Of a DNA stretch of 64,000 nt, positions 47,275-56,745 are shown piece after piece. The DNA lies in assembly GCA_964291235.2 (NCBI GenBank), contig OZ219816.1, forward strand, positions 1,952,001 through 2,016,000, in the 5' to 3' direction. The translations under genes were made by a program, and so were the position numbers. Under the pieces are notes generated by a model. That model did not search any database. It saw only the letters and a program-made list of their open reading frames with translations, and had not been told where the DNA came from. Origin of the DNA: Vicinamibacteria bacterium. Its GTDB lineage: Bacteria; Acidobacteriota; Vicinamibacteria; Marinacidobacterales; Marinacidobacteraceae. Positions within the stretch are counted from its first letter, which is position 1. Every line of letters begins with the position of its first letter.

Positions 47275-47868
47275 ATGACCCATCCTGCCCTCCCCGGCCG
47301 CCATCTCACTCCCCGGAACCGGCACGCCTGGCGCCGCTGGCTCGACGCGAACCACGCGGCCGTTGCCGAGGTCTGGGTCGTCTTCTACAAGAAGCCCGCG
47401 CAGCGTCCTGGCCGTCCTAACCTCACCTACGGACAGGCCGTCGAGCACGCCATCTGTTTCGGCTGGATCGACGGCCTCAAGCGGCGTATCGACAACGACC
47501 GCTACGCCCACCGGTTCAGCCCGCGCAAGACGGACAGCCGCTGGTCGGAGAGCAATCGCGAGCGGCTGGCGCGAATGCGGGAGCGGAACCTTATGACCCC
47601 CGCCGGCGAAGAAGCGGTCGCGGCCTCGATCCGAACGGGAGCATGGGACCAACCCGCGTTCTCGGCGCCCGCCGAAGCACCACCGGAGCTGCTCGCGGCT
47701 CTTGACGACGATCACGAGGCCCGCGCGGGATGGGAGGGGCTTTCCCCTTCCGCCCAGCGTCGCTACAAGGTCTGGATCGGGATGGCCAAACGGGACGAAA
47801 CCCGGGCCCGCCGGCTGGCGGAGAGCCTTCGGCTGCTCCGCCGGGGCGAGAAACTGGGAATGCGGTAG
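47275..47868 (+). CDS. YdeI/OmpD-associated family protein
   Basis: 'WRRWLDANH', 'AICFGWIDG', 'FSPRKTDSRWSESN', 'AKRDETRARR'. Confidence 0.9.
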   Translation: MTHPALPGRHLTPRNRHAWRRWLDANHAAVAEVWVVFYKKPAQRPGRPNLTYGQAVEHAICFGWIDGLKRRIDNDRYAHRFSPRKTDSRWSESNRERLARMRERNLMTPAGEEAVAASIRTGAWDQPAFSAPAEAPPELLAALDDDHEARAGWEGLSPSAQRRYKVWIGMAKRDETRARRLAESLRLLRRGEKLGMR

Positions 47869-47957
47869 CCCGTGCCCGCGCACTTTGAGCTCCTTCCGGC
47901 CGGCCCGGGCGCGGCGACTCCGGAGTAGCGAAAACGAGCGGTTCACCAGCCGGAGGC

Positions 47958-49204
47958 ATGCCGCGGTTCGGGTTTTGGGCGCGGGTCTTCGGCCCGTTCG
48001 CTTTCGGGTACTTCATCTCGTACCTCCTGCGCTCGGTCACCGCGATCATCGCCCCCGACCTGGTCCGGGATCTCGGGCTGTCCGCTTTCGGGGTCGGCCT
48101 CCTGGGAAGCACCTACCTGCTCGCCTTCGCGGTGGCCCAGATACCGATCGGCGGGGCGCTGGACCATTTCGGACCACGGCGGACCAACGGAGTCCTCCTG
48201 GTGGCCGGCGCGGTGGGCTGTTTCCTCTTCGGGGTCGCCGAGTCGTTCCCGATTCTGATCGTGGGACGCTTCCTCGCCGGCCTCGGGGTCGCCGCATGCC
48301 TGATGGCTTCGTTCAAGGCATTCGTGCTCTGGGCGCCCCCGGCCCGGCTCCCGTTCCTGAACGGGTTCGTCATGGCGGTCGGGTCCACCGGAGCGCTGGT
48401 GGCCACCACCCCGACCGAATGGCTGCTCGGTCTGGTGAGTTGGCGCGAGCTGTTCGTCCTGCTCGCCGTGTCCCTGGTTGCCGGCTCCGCGGTCTTGTTC
48501 GCCCTGGTTCCTCGGGACCCGAAACCCGCTGGCCGGGACGCGCCCTCCGGCCTCCTCGCGGCCACCGTGGGCATCCGCGAGGTGGTGCGGCGGCGGCTGT
48601 TCTGGAGCATCGCTCCGCTGGGAGTGGTCCACCAGGCCACCTTCCTGGGGATTCAGAGCCTTTGGGCGGGCCCGTGGCTCTCCGGCATCGCGGCAATGGA
48701 TCGGGACGCAGTCGCAATCCACCTCCTGATCCTCGCCGTCGCCATGGTGCTCGGCTACCTGATCACCGGAGCGGTCGCGGGAACGCTCGCGAAGCGGGGG
48801 TTCTCGTCGCTCACCCTGCTGGGCGCCACCAACCTGGCGTTCACCGCTACGCTCGTGGTGCTGGCGTCCGGGTGGACGGGAGCGCCAGCCGCGCTGTGGG
48901 CGGCGTCGGGGCGGCGTTCGGTTTCTTCGGCTCGTCCGGGATGCTGAGCTTCGCGATTCTCGTGGCCCGCTATCCCTCGGGACTCGCGGGAAGGGTGACC
49001 TCCGCGCTCAACCTGCTCATCTTCGCGGCGGCCTTTTCGGTGCAGACCGGATTTGGCGCGGTGATCGACGGGTTCCGGGACGACGGCCTCGAGCTCCCCT
49101 TCGCGGGTGCCGGGTTTGCCGTCGCGTTCCTGATCGCCGCCGCCCTCCAGGGCCTCGCGCTGGCCTGGTTACGGCTCACCCGCTCCTGGCGGACCGAGAG
49201 CTAG
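47958..49204 (+). pseudogene. MFS transporter interrupted by a frameshift (11-bp insertion at about 48900-48910)
   Basis: N-terminal TMs in ORF 47958-48947 and C-terminal TMs ('GFFGSSGMLSFA..AGRVTSALN') in a shifted frame ending at 49204. Confidence 0.8.
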
Positions 49205-49562
49205 CCCGCATTTCTTATGCTCGTATCCCCAGCGCAGATCACGCCAACCTCTTGATGATTTCGGGAGACACGCGTCAGGGGCGGCCCCAACTGCGCGGAC
49301 AGCGTGAAGGGGCGGACGAGCCCCCACCGGGAGAACTGTGCCGGCCTCCATCCAGGCCGGCACAGCGAGCCGCAGGCCCGCGTTGGCATGGGCCCCGCCC
49401 GTCGGCATGGTTCCCGTCTCGGCCCGTACCCCATTCGGCTAGGTGGCCCGACCTTGTCTGTCGCCAACGTGGCCCAGTTCTGGATGTCGATTGACACGCA
49501 CGGAACCAGGAACGGTGTAACGCCCCCTGCCGCTGCGACCTCAGGGCTGGTTGGGCTCCCCG

Positions 49563-49650
49563 TCGGGAGCGGGACCATCCTGACACTGGGGGGCCCGTCC
49601 CGCCGCCCGCCTACGGCGGGCTGTGCCGGTCTGGAGACCGGCGCTCCCGA
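49563..49650. repeat. REP-like composite palindrome
   Basis: Outer TCGGGAGCG/CGCTCCCGA inverted repeat enclosing GCCCGCC-TAC-GGCGGGC and GCCGGTCT-GG-AGACCGGC hairpins. Confidence 0.5.
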
Positions 49651-49652
49651 TC

Positions 49653-50600
49653 CTACCGGGACGACAGGCTGCGGTGGACCAGGCGCACAAAGCGTTCGGC
49701 GTTCACGAACCCGGCGGCATCGGGGGACCAGCCGATGTCCGTGCCGATCCCGGTGACCAGCGCGACGTAGTCGGCAGCGGCGTCATCCTCACTCTGGCCG
49801 GCGGCGACGCGCTCGCTGATCCGCTCGCGGGCCATCTTGAGGGCCTCCGCGTACTTCATCAGGTTGGCGCGGTCGGTGACCGGGCCGTGGCCGGGAATGA
49901 TCTTCGTCTGGCCGTCGGTTGCCCCGGCGACCTTTTCCGCGGCCGCGATCAGGCCGTCAACATGCCCCCCGGAATCCACATCGATGAACGGGAAGGCGCC
50001 GTTGAAAAACAGATCTCCCATGTGGACGACGTTGGCGCCCCGGAAAAAGATGATGGAGTCACCGTCGGTATGGGCGGTGGGAGCGTGGACCGCCTCGATG
50101 GCGAGACCGTTCCAGTGCAGGGTGACGCCGTGCTCAAAGGTCACCACCGGCAGCGCTTCCGGAGCCGCCTGGTCACTGCGGCCAACCAGGTCGGCGAATT
50201 CCGCCGGGTTCATCCGCCGCCGCACGTTTTCGTGGGCGACGATCAGGCTGCCCGCCTTCCCGAGATTCTCGTTCCCCCCGGTGTGGTCGCCGTGCCAGTG
50301 CGTGTTCACCACGAAGCGCACGGGATCGGTAGTAATCGCGCGCACCGCGGCGAGGATCTTGTCGGTGAGAGGCGCGTACTGGTCGTCCACCAGCAGAGCG
50401 CCGTCGGCGCCGGTGGAGAGACCGATGTTGCCCCCGCGCCCGAAAAGAACGTGGACGCCGCCGCCCAGGTCCTCACTGGTGATCGCGACCGCGTCCCAGT
50501 CCTGGTCCTGGGCCGCCACCGGCACTGCGGCAAGCAATAGGCAGATGGCGAAGAGGGCAAACCGCCACGGGCGGCGATGGGATGGATCAGTCAGGAACAT
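49653..50600 (-). CDS. Exported MBL-fold metallo-hydrolase (cyclase-like)
   Basis: Signal peptide; 'GGNIG', 'NTHWHGDHTGGN', 'AHTDGD', 'HMGD', 'IPGHG'. Confidence 0.9.
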   Translation of the reverse strand: MFLTDPSHRRPWRFALFAICLLLAAVPVAAQDQDWDAVAITSEDLGGGVHVLFGRGGNIGLSTGADGALLVDDQYAPLTDKILAAVRAITTDPVRFVVNTHWHGDHTGGNENLGKAGSLIVAHENVRRRMNPAEFADLVGRSDQAAPEALPVVTFEHGVTLHWNGLAIEAVHAPTAHTDGDSIIFFRGANVVHMGDLFFNGAFPFIDVDSGGHVDGLIAAAEKVAGATDGQTKIIPGHGPVTDRANLMKYAEALKMARERISERVAAGQSEDDAAADYVALVTGIGTDIGWSPDAAGFVNAERFVRLVHRSLSSR

Positions 50601-50678
50601 GGCGAAACAAACTCCGGAAGAGGGACACGCGTGGCCACCGGGGTCCCGGCGGCCTGACGAAGGACCCGGCGAGGGAAA

Positions 50679-52487
50679 TCAGCAGCCGACGCAGGCGTTG
50701 TTGTTCTGGGCGCCGTAGCTGGCGAGGAGCGCGATCGTCTCCGGGAATGGATTGATGCGCTGAACGGGGCCGTTGGCGAGGTCGATGGTCGTCTGCCCCG
50801 TGCGGGCCACCGCGAGCGGATCCGCACCGTGGTCGATCAGGTACTGCACCATCTCGGTGTGGCCGCGGGAGGCCGCGTGGTGGATGGTGGTGTAGCCGTT
50901 GTGGTCGCGCACGGCTGCATCGGCGCCCACTTCCTCCACGAGGTACTGGACCGCCGGGAGCCAGGCCTCCGGCGCGTGCCGGTGGGAGTTCGCCGCGAGT
51001 CCGAGGCCATAGCCCACCCCGGCCGCGGCATGGATCGGATACACCGCCGGATCGCCGTACTCGGCCGGCGGCAGGCCGGACGGATCCGGATCTCCCTCCT
51101 CGATGAGCATCGGCAGACGCCGCCGCTCCGCCACCTTGACGGTCGGGATGTGGGGGTCGGCGCCGTTCGCCACCAGCAACTTCATCGCCGGGATGTCCAG
51201 CGCGTAGGCAGCGCGCCAGAAGGCGGTCGCTCCGCTGCGGTCCACCCCGAGCTGGTCCACGTTGTAAACGGTGTACCAGAGCGAGCTGTCGATGCGGGCA
51301 TTCACGTCGGCCCCCGCGTCGATCAGCGCCTGAATGAGCTCAAGGTGGGACGTCTCCTGCTGGAGATAGTCGGCGGGCTGCGGGTGACGGGCCTTCGGAA
51401 TCCACTGGGTGTTGACCGCCCCGTAGAGCGGGGTGGCGTTTTGCGAATCCGCGAGGGTCGGGTCGCCGCCGCGCTCGAGCAGTTTCATGGCCAGGTCGAA
51501 ATGGCCGTTCACGGTCGCCATCAGCAACGGGGTGGTGCGGCTCCCCTCGGCGCGCTGGTTCACGTCGGCGCCCGCGTCGATCAGCGCCGTCGCGGTCTCG
51601 ATCCGGCCCTCGCGAGCCGCAAAGAGCAGCGCGGTCAATCCACCGTGGGTGCCGACGCGGTCCTCATAGGTGAGCGGCCGCGGCTCGTCGGGATCCCGCC
51701 GGTCGTACTCGTCCGGGTTCAGGGGATCCGGCGGAAGGCCCGCGGCCCCCGTACCTCCCGTTCCGGAAGGCCGGCGGTCCGTCCCGTTGGCGGGGAGCGG
51801 GCGCTCGGCCTGCAGGATGCCGCTTCCGCCGCGCTGCTCGGCAAGGCGCGCCTGCCGTTCGCGACGTTCTTCCATGTCCAGCCGCGCGCGCTCGACCACG
51901 TCCAGCACTCCGGCGGTCACCGAGGCGTCGGCACCGGCGTCCATCAGGGTCTTGACCGCCGCGACCCGGCCCCGGACCGCCGCGAACATCAGCGGAGTGA
52001 GCCCCCATTCCTCCTCCCGCGCGTCCACGGAAGCCCCGTGGGCGAGCAGGGAAGACACCACCTCCGGCACCCCTGCGGTCGCCGCCAGGTGGAGCGGTTG
52101 GGCTCCGGTCGAAGTGAAGGGGTCCGCCGGAGCCCCCGCCAACAGCAGGGCCTCGGCAACGCCCGCCTTCCCGGCCGCCGCAGCCACATGGAGCGGCATA
52201 TGGCTTCCCAGCCGCGTCGTCGCCTCAAGATCCGCACCGGCCGCGATCAACACCTCGGCAACCTCGCGGTTCCCCGTCTTCGCCGCCCAGTGGAGCGCCG
52301 TAAAGCCGTCGCCCTGCGCCGCGTTCACGTCCGCTCCCGAACGGAGCTCCACCTTCAGGGTCTCGACGTCACCGCGCTTCGCCGCATCCAGAACGGGGGA
52401 CATCAGCGCCGCGTACCCCACTCCGACCAGCACGCCCACCACCGTGAGCAGCGCCGCCAGGCCAATCCATCGCTTTCCGATCTTCAT
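50679..52487 (-). CDS. Exported ankyrin-repeat protein (copy 2)
   Basis: Signal 'MKIGKRWIGLAALL'; many 'G.TALH.AA..G...A..L...GADVN' repeats; C-terminal 'NNNACVGC'. Confidence 0.9.
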   Translation of the reverse strand: MKIGKRWIGLAALLTVVGVLVGVGYAALMSPVLDAAKRGDVETLKVELRSGADVNAAQGDGFTALHWAAKTGNREVAEVLIAAGADLEATTRLGSHMPLHVAAAAGKAGVAEALLLAGAPADPFTSTGAQPLHLAATAGVPEVVSSLLAHGASVDAREEEWGLTPLMFAAVRGRVAAVKTLMDAGADASVTAGVLDVVERARLDMEERRERQARLAEQRGGSGILQAERPLPANGTDRRPSGTGGTGAAGLPPDPLNPDEYDRRDPDEPRPLTYEDRVGTHGGLTALLFAAREGRIETATALIDAGADVNQRAEGSRTTPLLMATVNGHFDLAMKLLERGGDPTLADSQNATPLYGAVNTQWIPKARHPQPADYLQQETSHLELIQALIDAGADVNARIDSSLWYTVYNVDQLGVDRSGATAFWRAAYALDIPAMKLLVANGADPHIPTVKVAERRRLPMLIEEGDPDPSGLPPAEYGDPAVYPIHAAAGVGYGLGLAANSHRHAPEAWLPAVQYLVEEVGADAAVRDHNGYTTIHHAASRGHTEMVQYLIDHGADPLAVARTGQTTIDLANGPVQRINPFPETIALLASYGAQNNNACVGC

Positions 52488-52563
52488 GCCCTTACCTCTC
52501 TTGCTGGTCAGTCTGTTCCGGTGGGTTCGTTTCCTGTGGGTTTGGGCTGTGGATCTCTCCCGG

Positions 52564-53952
52564 CTACACCGCCTGCGACAGGGAGAACGCTCCGGTGCTG
52601 TTCCCGAAGGTCTCCACATCATCCAGCCCCAGCTTGTGCAGCAACGTCAGCATCACGTTCGCCAGCGGGGTTCCCGGCTTGGCCCGCAGGTGCAGATTGT
52701 GCTCGAGCGCGCCGTTGGCGCCGCCCGCCACGAAGAACGGAACCCGCTTGTGGTTGTGGATGTTCGGGTCGCCCATCGGAGACCCGTAGAGGATCATCGT
52801 CTTGTCCAGCATCGTCCGATCGTCTTCCTCAATGCTCCGCAGCTTCTCCATGAAGTAGGGAACCAGGCTCACGTGATACCGGTTGATGCGGCCGAGGACC
52901 TCGACGCGCTCGGGATCGTTCCCGTGGTGCGAAGCCGGGTGGAACGCGGTGGCTTCGCCGCTCTCGGGGTACACGCGGCTCGACGCGTCCCGTCCCAGCT
53001 TGAGGCTGAACACCCGGGTCATATCCGACTGGAAGGCGAGCGCCTGCAGGTCGAACATGATCTTCACGTGCTCGTCGAACGAATCCGGCACCCCTGACGG
53101 GGCGTCGGGAAGCTCGCGAAGCTCGCCGCTCGTGTTCCGCTCGACAATCCGCTGGATCCGCCGCTCCATCTCCCGGATGTCGGTCATGTAGCGGTCCATC
53201 CGGCGCAGATCCTGGGGGTCCAGCGCGGTCTTCAACCGGCTCACCTCGGAGCCGATGAAATCGAGCACGCTCTGGCGCGCCTGCTGCCGGGCCACACGAC
53301 CTTCGGGGGTGCCCCCCGCCCCGAACAACTGGTCGAAGACGATCCGCGGATCCCGGGTCATCGGGAGCGGCTCCGTCGGCGACGCCCAACTGATGGTGTC
53401 CGTGTACACGCAGGCATACCCGTAGGCGCAGCCGCCCGCCTGGTCCACCGTCTCGATGCAGAGCTGCATCGAGGGAATCGGCGTGTCCTGGCCGAAACGC
53501 TGCGCGTACATCTGGTCCAGCGAGGTTCCCGCGAACACATCCGAACTCTCGGTCTGCTTGGGATACGACTGGGTCAGGAACGCCGCGCTGGAACGGAAGT
53601 GGTCGCCGCCGATCTCGCGCGCGGTGCGCGCCTCCGCGGGCTCCACGTCGCAATCGCTCACGATCGTGACGTAATCCCGAACCGGTTCCAGGGAACTGAG
53701 GGCGCCCTTCGAAAGATCGAAGTCCGCGCCTTCCTGCTCCGGCGTCCACAGATGCTGCGAGCGTCCGTACTTGTTGCTGCCGGCTGCGCCGTGCACGATC
53801 TCGATCGCCACGAGCCGCGTCGGGTCGTCGGCGGTCGGTTTCGCCATCACGCTCGCCGGAACCATCGCGTCCAAGAACGGGAGCGCCACCGTTGCTCCCG
53901 CTCCGCGAAGGAACGTACGCCGGGGAAGGCTCTTGCCGGTCAGGTAGTTCAT
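52564..53952 (-). CDS. DUF1552 (HXXSHH) Tat-exported protein (copy 2)
   Basis: 'PRRTFLRGAGATVALPFLDAM' Tat signal; 'GCAYGYACVY..TISW', 'FHPASHH'. Confidence 0.9.
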   Translation of the reverse strand: MNYLTGKSLPRRTFLRGAGATVALPFLDAMVPASVMAKPTADDPTRLVAIEIVHGAAGSNKYGRSQHLWTPEQEGADFDLSKGALSSLEPVRDYVTIVSDCDVEPAEARTAREIGGDHFRSSAAFLTQSYPKQTESSDVFAGTSLDQMYAQRFGQDTPIPSMQLCIETVDQAGGCAYGYACVYTDTISWASPTEPLPMTRDPRIVFDQLFGAGGTPEGRVARQQARQSVLDFIGSEVSRLKTALDPQDLRRMDRYMTDIREMERRIQRIVERNTSGELRELPDAPSGVPDSFDEHVKIMFDLQALAFQSDMTRVFSLKLGRDASSRVYPESGEATAFHPASHHGNDPERVEVLGRINRYHVSLVPYFMEKLRSIEEDDRTMLDKTMILYGSPMGDPNIHNHKRVPFFVAGGANGALEHNLHLRAKPGTPLANVMLTLLHKLGLDDVETFGNSTGAFSLSQAV

Positions 53953-54069
53953 GGTGTTCTCCTGTCAGGGCGTCCCGGCCGTCGTGTCCGCGGACGGCGG
54001 GACTGGAGTCTGCGCGCGGGGATGGGCTCCCCACAAAGTACGGGATCGTTGAGCTCCCATAGCCGGACT

Positions 54070-54098
54070 AGGATAGGAAATCAACCGGCCCGGCGCAA
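54070..54098 (-). promoter_or_regulatory. Internal sigma70-type promoter upstream of DUF1552 copy 2
   Basis: Minus strand TTGCGC-N17-TATCCT; palindrome CAATCGATTG just upstream (54103-54112). Confidence 0.6.
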
Positions 54099-54216
54099 GC
54101 GGCAATCGATTGGTCGGAAGCGCTCGGAGAAAGACCGCGGGACACCGCCCGGGCCCACGGGAACCGGGCGGGCTCGACGCGTGGCGCGGCGCCGCGTCCC
54201 CTGGAAGGGCAGAAGC

Positions 54217-56736
54217 TCAGGGCTCGTCCGCGACGGTGGTTTCGATCTCTTCGAGCACCTCGCCCTTCATCTGGAAGGCAGGGCTCTCGACGACCCCCAG
54301 GATGAACGCGGACATCCGGTAATCGGAGTCTTCCGCCTCCCGAACGATCTCCCGAATCCGCGGCTGGTCGAAGTACTCCACCCGCCGGCCGAGCGCATAC
54401 GCCATCAGGTTCTCGGTGAACGTTCGCAGCAGCGGGGTCGGACGCTTCAGGAGCGCCTCCCGCAGATCGCCGATGTCCTGGATCGGAGTTCCGTCATAGA
54501 ACTCACCCGACGCATCGATCGGCTGGCCGGCGTCCTTCACCCGCACGCGCCCCGTCACGTCGAACTGCTCGAGCGCCAGCCCGATCGGATCCATCATCCG
54601 GTGGCACGAGCGGCACGCCGGGTTGTCGCGGTGGATCTCCAGCCGCTCCCGGGCGGTCAGTTCGCGACCGCCGTCCGCGGCCGCCGTCGCGTCCAGGTCC
54701 GGAACGTCCGGCGGCGGAGGCGGCGGCGGACTCCCGAGCAGGACCTCCATCACCCACTTCCCACGAAGCACCGCGGACGTCCGGTAGGGATGCGACGTCA
54801 GCGTCAGCATGCTCCCGTGGGCGAAGATCCCGCGCCGGTTCGGATCCTGATACTCCACCATCCGGTGCTCCGGACCGGTGACCCCCACCATCCCGTAGTG
54901 TTTGGCGAGACGCTCGTTCACGAACGTGTAGTCCGCAGTGAACAGGTCAAAGACGCTCTTGTCCTCAGACACCAGGTGGTGGAAGAAGCGCTCGGTCTCC
55001 TCGACCATCGCGGTCTTCAACTGCTGGTGGAAGTCCGGGTAGAGCCGCACGTTCGGGTTGATCTTCTTGAGATCCTGCAGCCGGAACCACTGATAGGCGA
55101 AGCGCTTCGCGAGCGCCTCCGAGCGGGGGTCCGCCAGCATCCGGCGAACCTGGGTCTCGAACCCGGCGGGTTCCGACAACTGGCCCGACTCGGCCGCATC
55201 CAGGAGTGCATCGTCGGGGATCGTTCCCCAGAGGAAGAACGAAAGCCGTGACGCCAGGTCGAAGTCCGTCAGCCGATAGCCGAACTCGGCCTCCCGCGGG
55301 TCCAGCGGTTCCTCGATCCGGAACACGAAGTTGGGGCTCGCGAGGATTCCCTCGACCCCCATGCGGATCCCTTCCTCGAAGCCAACCGTCTCGGCCCCCG
55401 CGTCGTAGAGCGACATCAGCGCCGCCAGACCTTCTTCATCCATCGTCCGGCGATAGGCCAGCCGGCCCAGCCGCGACAGGATCTGCTCGGCGCAGGGGCG
55501 CGCCTCGTCCGGTGACAGCGGACGACAGTTGAAGATCGCCTGCCGGCTCGGCGTTTCCGAAACCCCGGTCGTGTCGAACGGACCGCGAATCAGGACGTCC
55601 CGGAGGTGCGGAAGGCTGTGGATGCCATAGGTGAGCGCGATGTTGGTGCTCGCGAGCGACCACTCGTGCGGCGAGATGAGATCCAGCGTCGTGCCGTCGA
55701 ACTGGCGCAAGAAGGCCGCCGCCACCGTCCGGGGACCGGCCTTGACGAAGATCGGCTCGGTGATCATCGTCGCGCCATCAGGATCGGAGGTGTGCATCCA
55801 CGGATCGATCGAGAGGAGCGCGACCCGCTCCCCGTCAATGGAGATCTCGAGCTGCTCGGGATTCTCCTCCGAATTCAGCGCCCCTACCGCGGTGCCGACC
55901 ACGGGGCCGCACACTTCATGATGGAGGGAAACCCGGAACACGTAGTTCCCGTCCGCGGCGAAGGTGTGATCCGCCGCGATCCCGCCCCGCGTGCCGTAGG
56001 GCGCGCCTTCGACCTGGCGCCGCTGGGAGGCCCAGCGGGAGACGAAATAGCTGGTTTCGGCCGGTGCGGCGTCCGGATCCCCTACCGCCAGCCGGCTGAT
56101 TTCGCTGGCCGCGCGCAGATAGGAGTCCATGAGCGTCGCCGACAGCAACTGGACGTCCGCGATGTTGTCGAAGTTCGCGCTGATGGTGTCTTGCGGCAGG
56201 TACTCGGCCGCGTCCAGATCGAGCGCCAGCAGATCCCGGATGGCCGCCGTGTACTCGGCTCGGTTCAGCCGCTGGAAGGAACGGCGGCCCGGGTTCGGCG
56301 CTTCCTCCGCGCTGGTGTCGAGCTGGTCCTCGAGCGATTCGGCGACTTCTGCCAGTGTTTCCTCGGCGGGCCGCCGGGCGCCGGGTGGAGGCATCATCCC
56401 AAGCCGCAGCTTCGAGACCATTTTCTCGGCCAGCGCCGCGCTCTCGGGTGCGTTGCCGGCGTCGAAGCCGGAGAGCGTCATGTTCCCGGTCTGCATCCGG
56501 TCGTTGTGGCAGACCATGCAGTAGGTCCGCAGCATCCGGTTGTGGGCCGCCGCGTTCTCCGGGGAAACGGCTGGAGCGGTTTCCCCCGAAGAAGCGGGTT
56601 CCCAGGATCTGGCAGCCTCGAGCGTCGGCGCCTCGAGCGACGAAGCGGCCGGCGCCGCCAGCAGACCGGCGAAGAGGAACGGAATCAGGGAAAGCCGGCT
56701 GGCTTTTCCTGCCGCATCAATCCGGGAACTCCCCAT
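54217..56736 (-). CDS. DUF1587/1592/1595/1588/1585 diheme c-type cytochrome-domain protein (copy 2)
   Basis: Signal peptide; CxxCH 'CMVCH' and 'CRSCH'; 'MMPPPG', 'RLNRAEY..AIRDLL', 'LASRLSFFLW..IPD', 'TSAVLRGKWV', 'YALGR'. Confidence 0.9.
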   Translation of the reverse strand: MGSSRIDAAGKASRLSLIPFLFAGLLAAPAASSLEAPTLEAARSWEPASSGETAPAVSPENAAAHNRMLRTYCMVCHNDRMQTGNMTLSGFDAGNAPESAALAEKMVSKLRLGMMPPPGARRPAEETLAEVAESLEDQLDTSAEEAPNPGRRSFQRLNRAEYTAAIRDLLALDLDAAEYLPQDTISANFDNIADVQLLSATLMDSYLRAASEISRLAVGDPDAAPAETSYFVSRWASQRRQVEGAPYGTRGGIAADHTFAADGNYVFRVSLHHEVCGPVVGTAVGALNSEENPEQLEISIDGERVALLSIDPWMHTSDPDGATMITEPIFVKAGPRTVAAAFLRQFDGTTLDLISPHEWSLASTNIALTYGIHSLPHLRDVLIRGPFDTTGVSETPSRQAIFNCRPLSPDEARPCAEQILSRLGRLAYRRTMDEEGLAALMSLYDAGAETVGFEEGIRMGVEGILASPNFVFRIEEPLDPREAEFGYRLTDFDLASRLSFFLWGTIPDDALLDAAESGQLSEPAGFETQVRRMLADPRSEALAKRFAYQWFRLQDLKKINPNVRLYPDFHQQLKTAMVEETERFFHHLVSEDKSVFDLFTADYTFVNERLAKHYGMVGVTGPEHRMVEYQDPNRRGIFAHGSMLTLTSHPYRTSAVLRGKWVMEVLLGSPPPPPPPDVPDLDATAAADGGRELTARERLEIHRDNPACRSCHRMMDPIGLALEQFDVTGRVRVKDAGQPIDASGEFYDGTPIQDIGDLREALLKRPTPLLRTFTENLMAYALGRRVEYFDQPRIREIVREAEDSDYRMSAFILGVVESPAFQMKGEVLEEIETTVADEP

Positions 56737-56745
56737 GGTGGCGCC

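Noticed and set aside
47702-49204. 500-aa ORF as an intact gene
   Set aside because: Only its last ~95 codons are meaningful (the frameshifted MFS C-terminus); the rest overlaps other genes out of frame.
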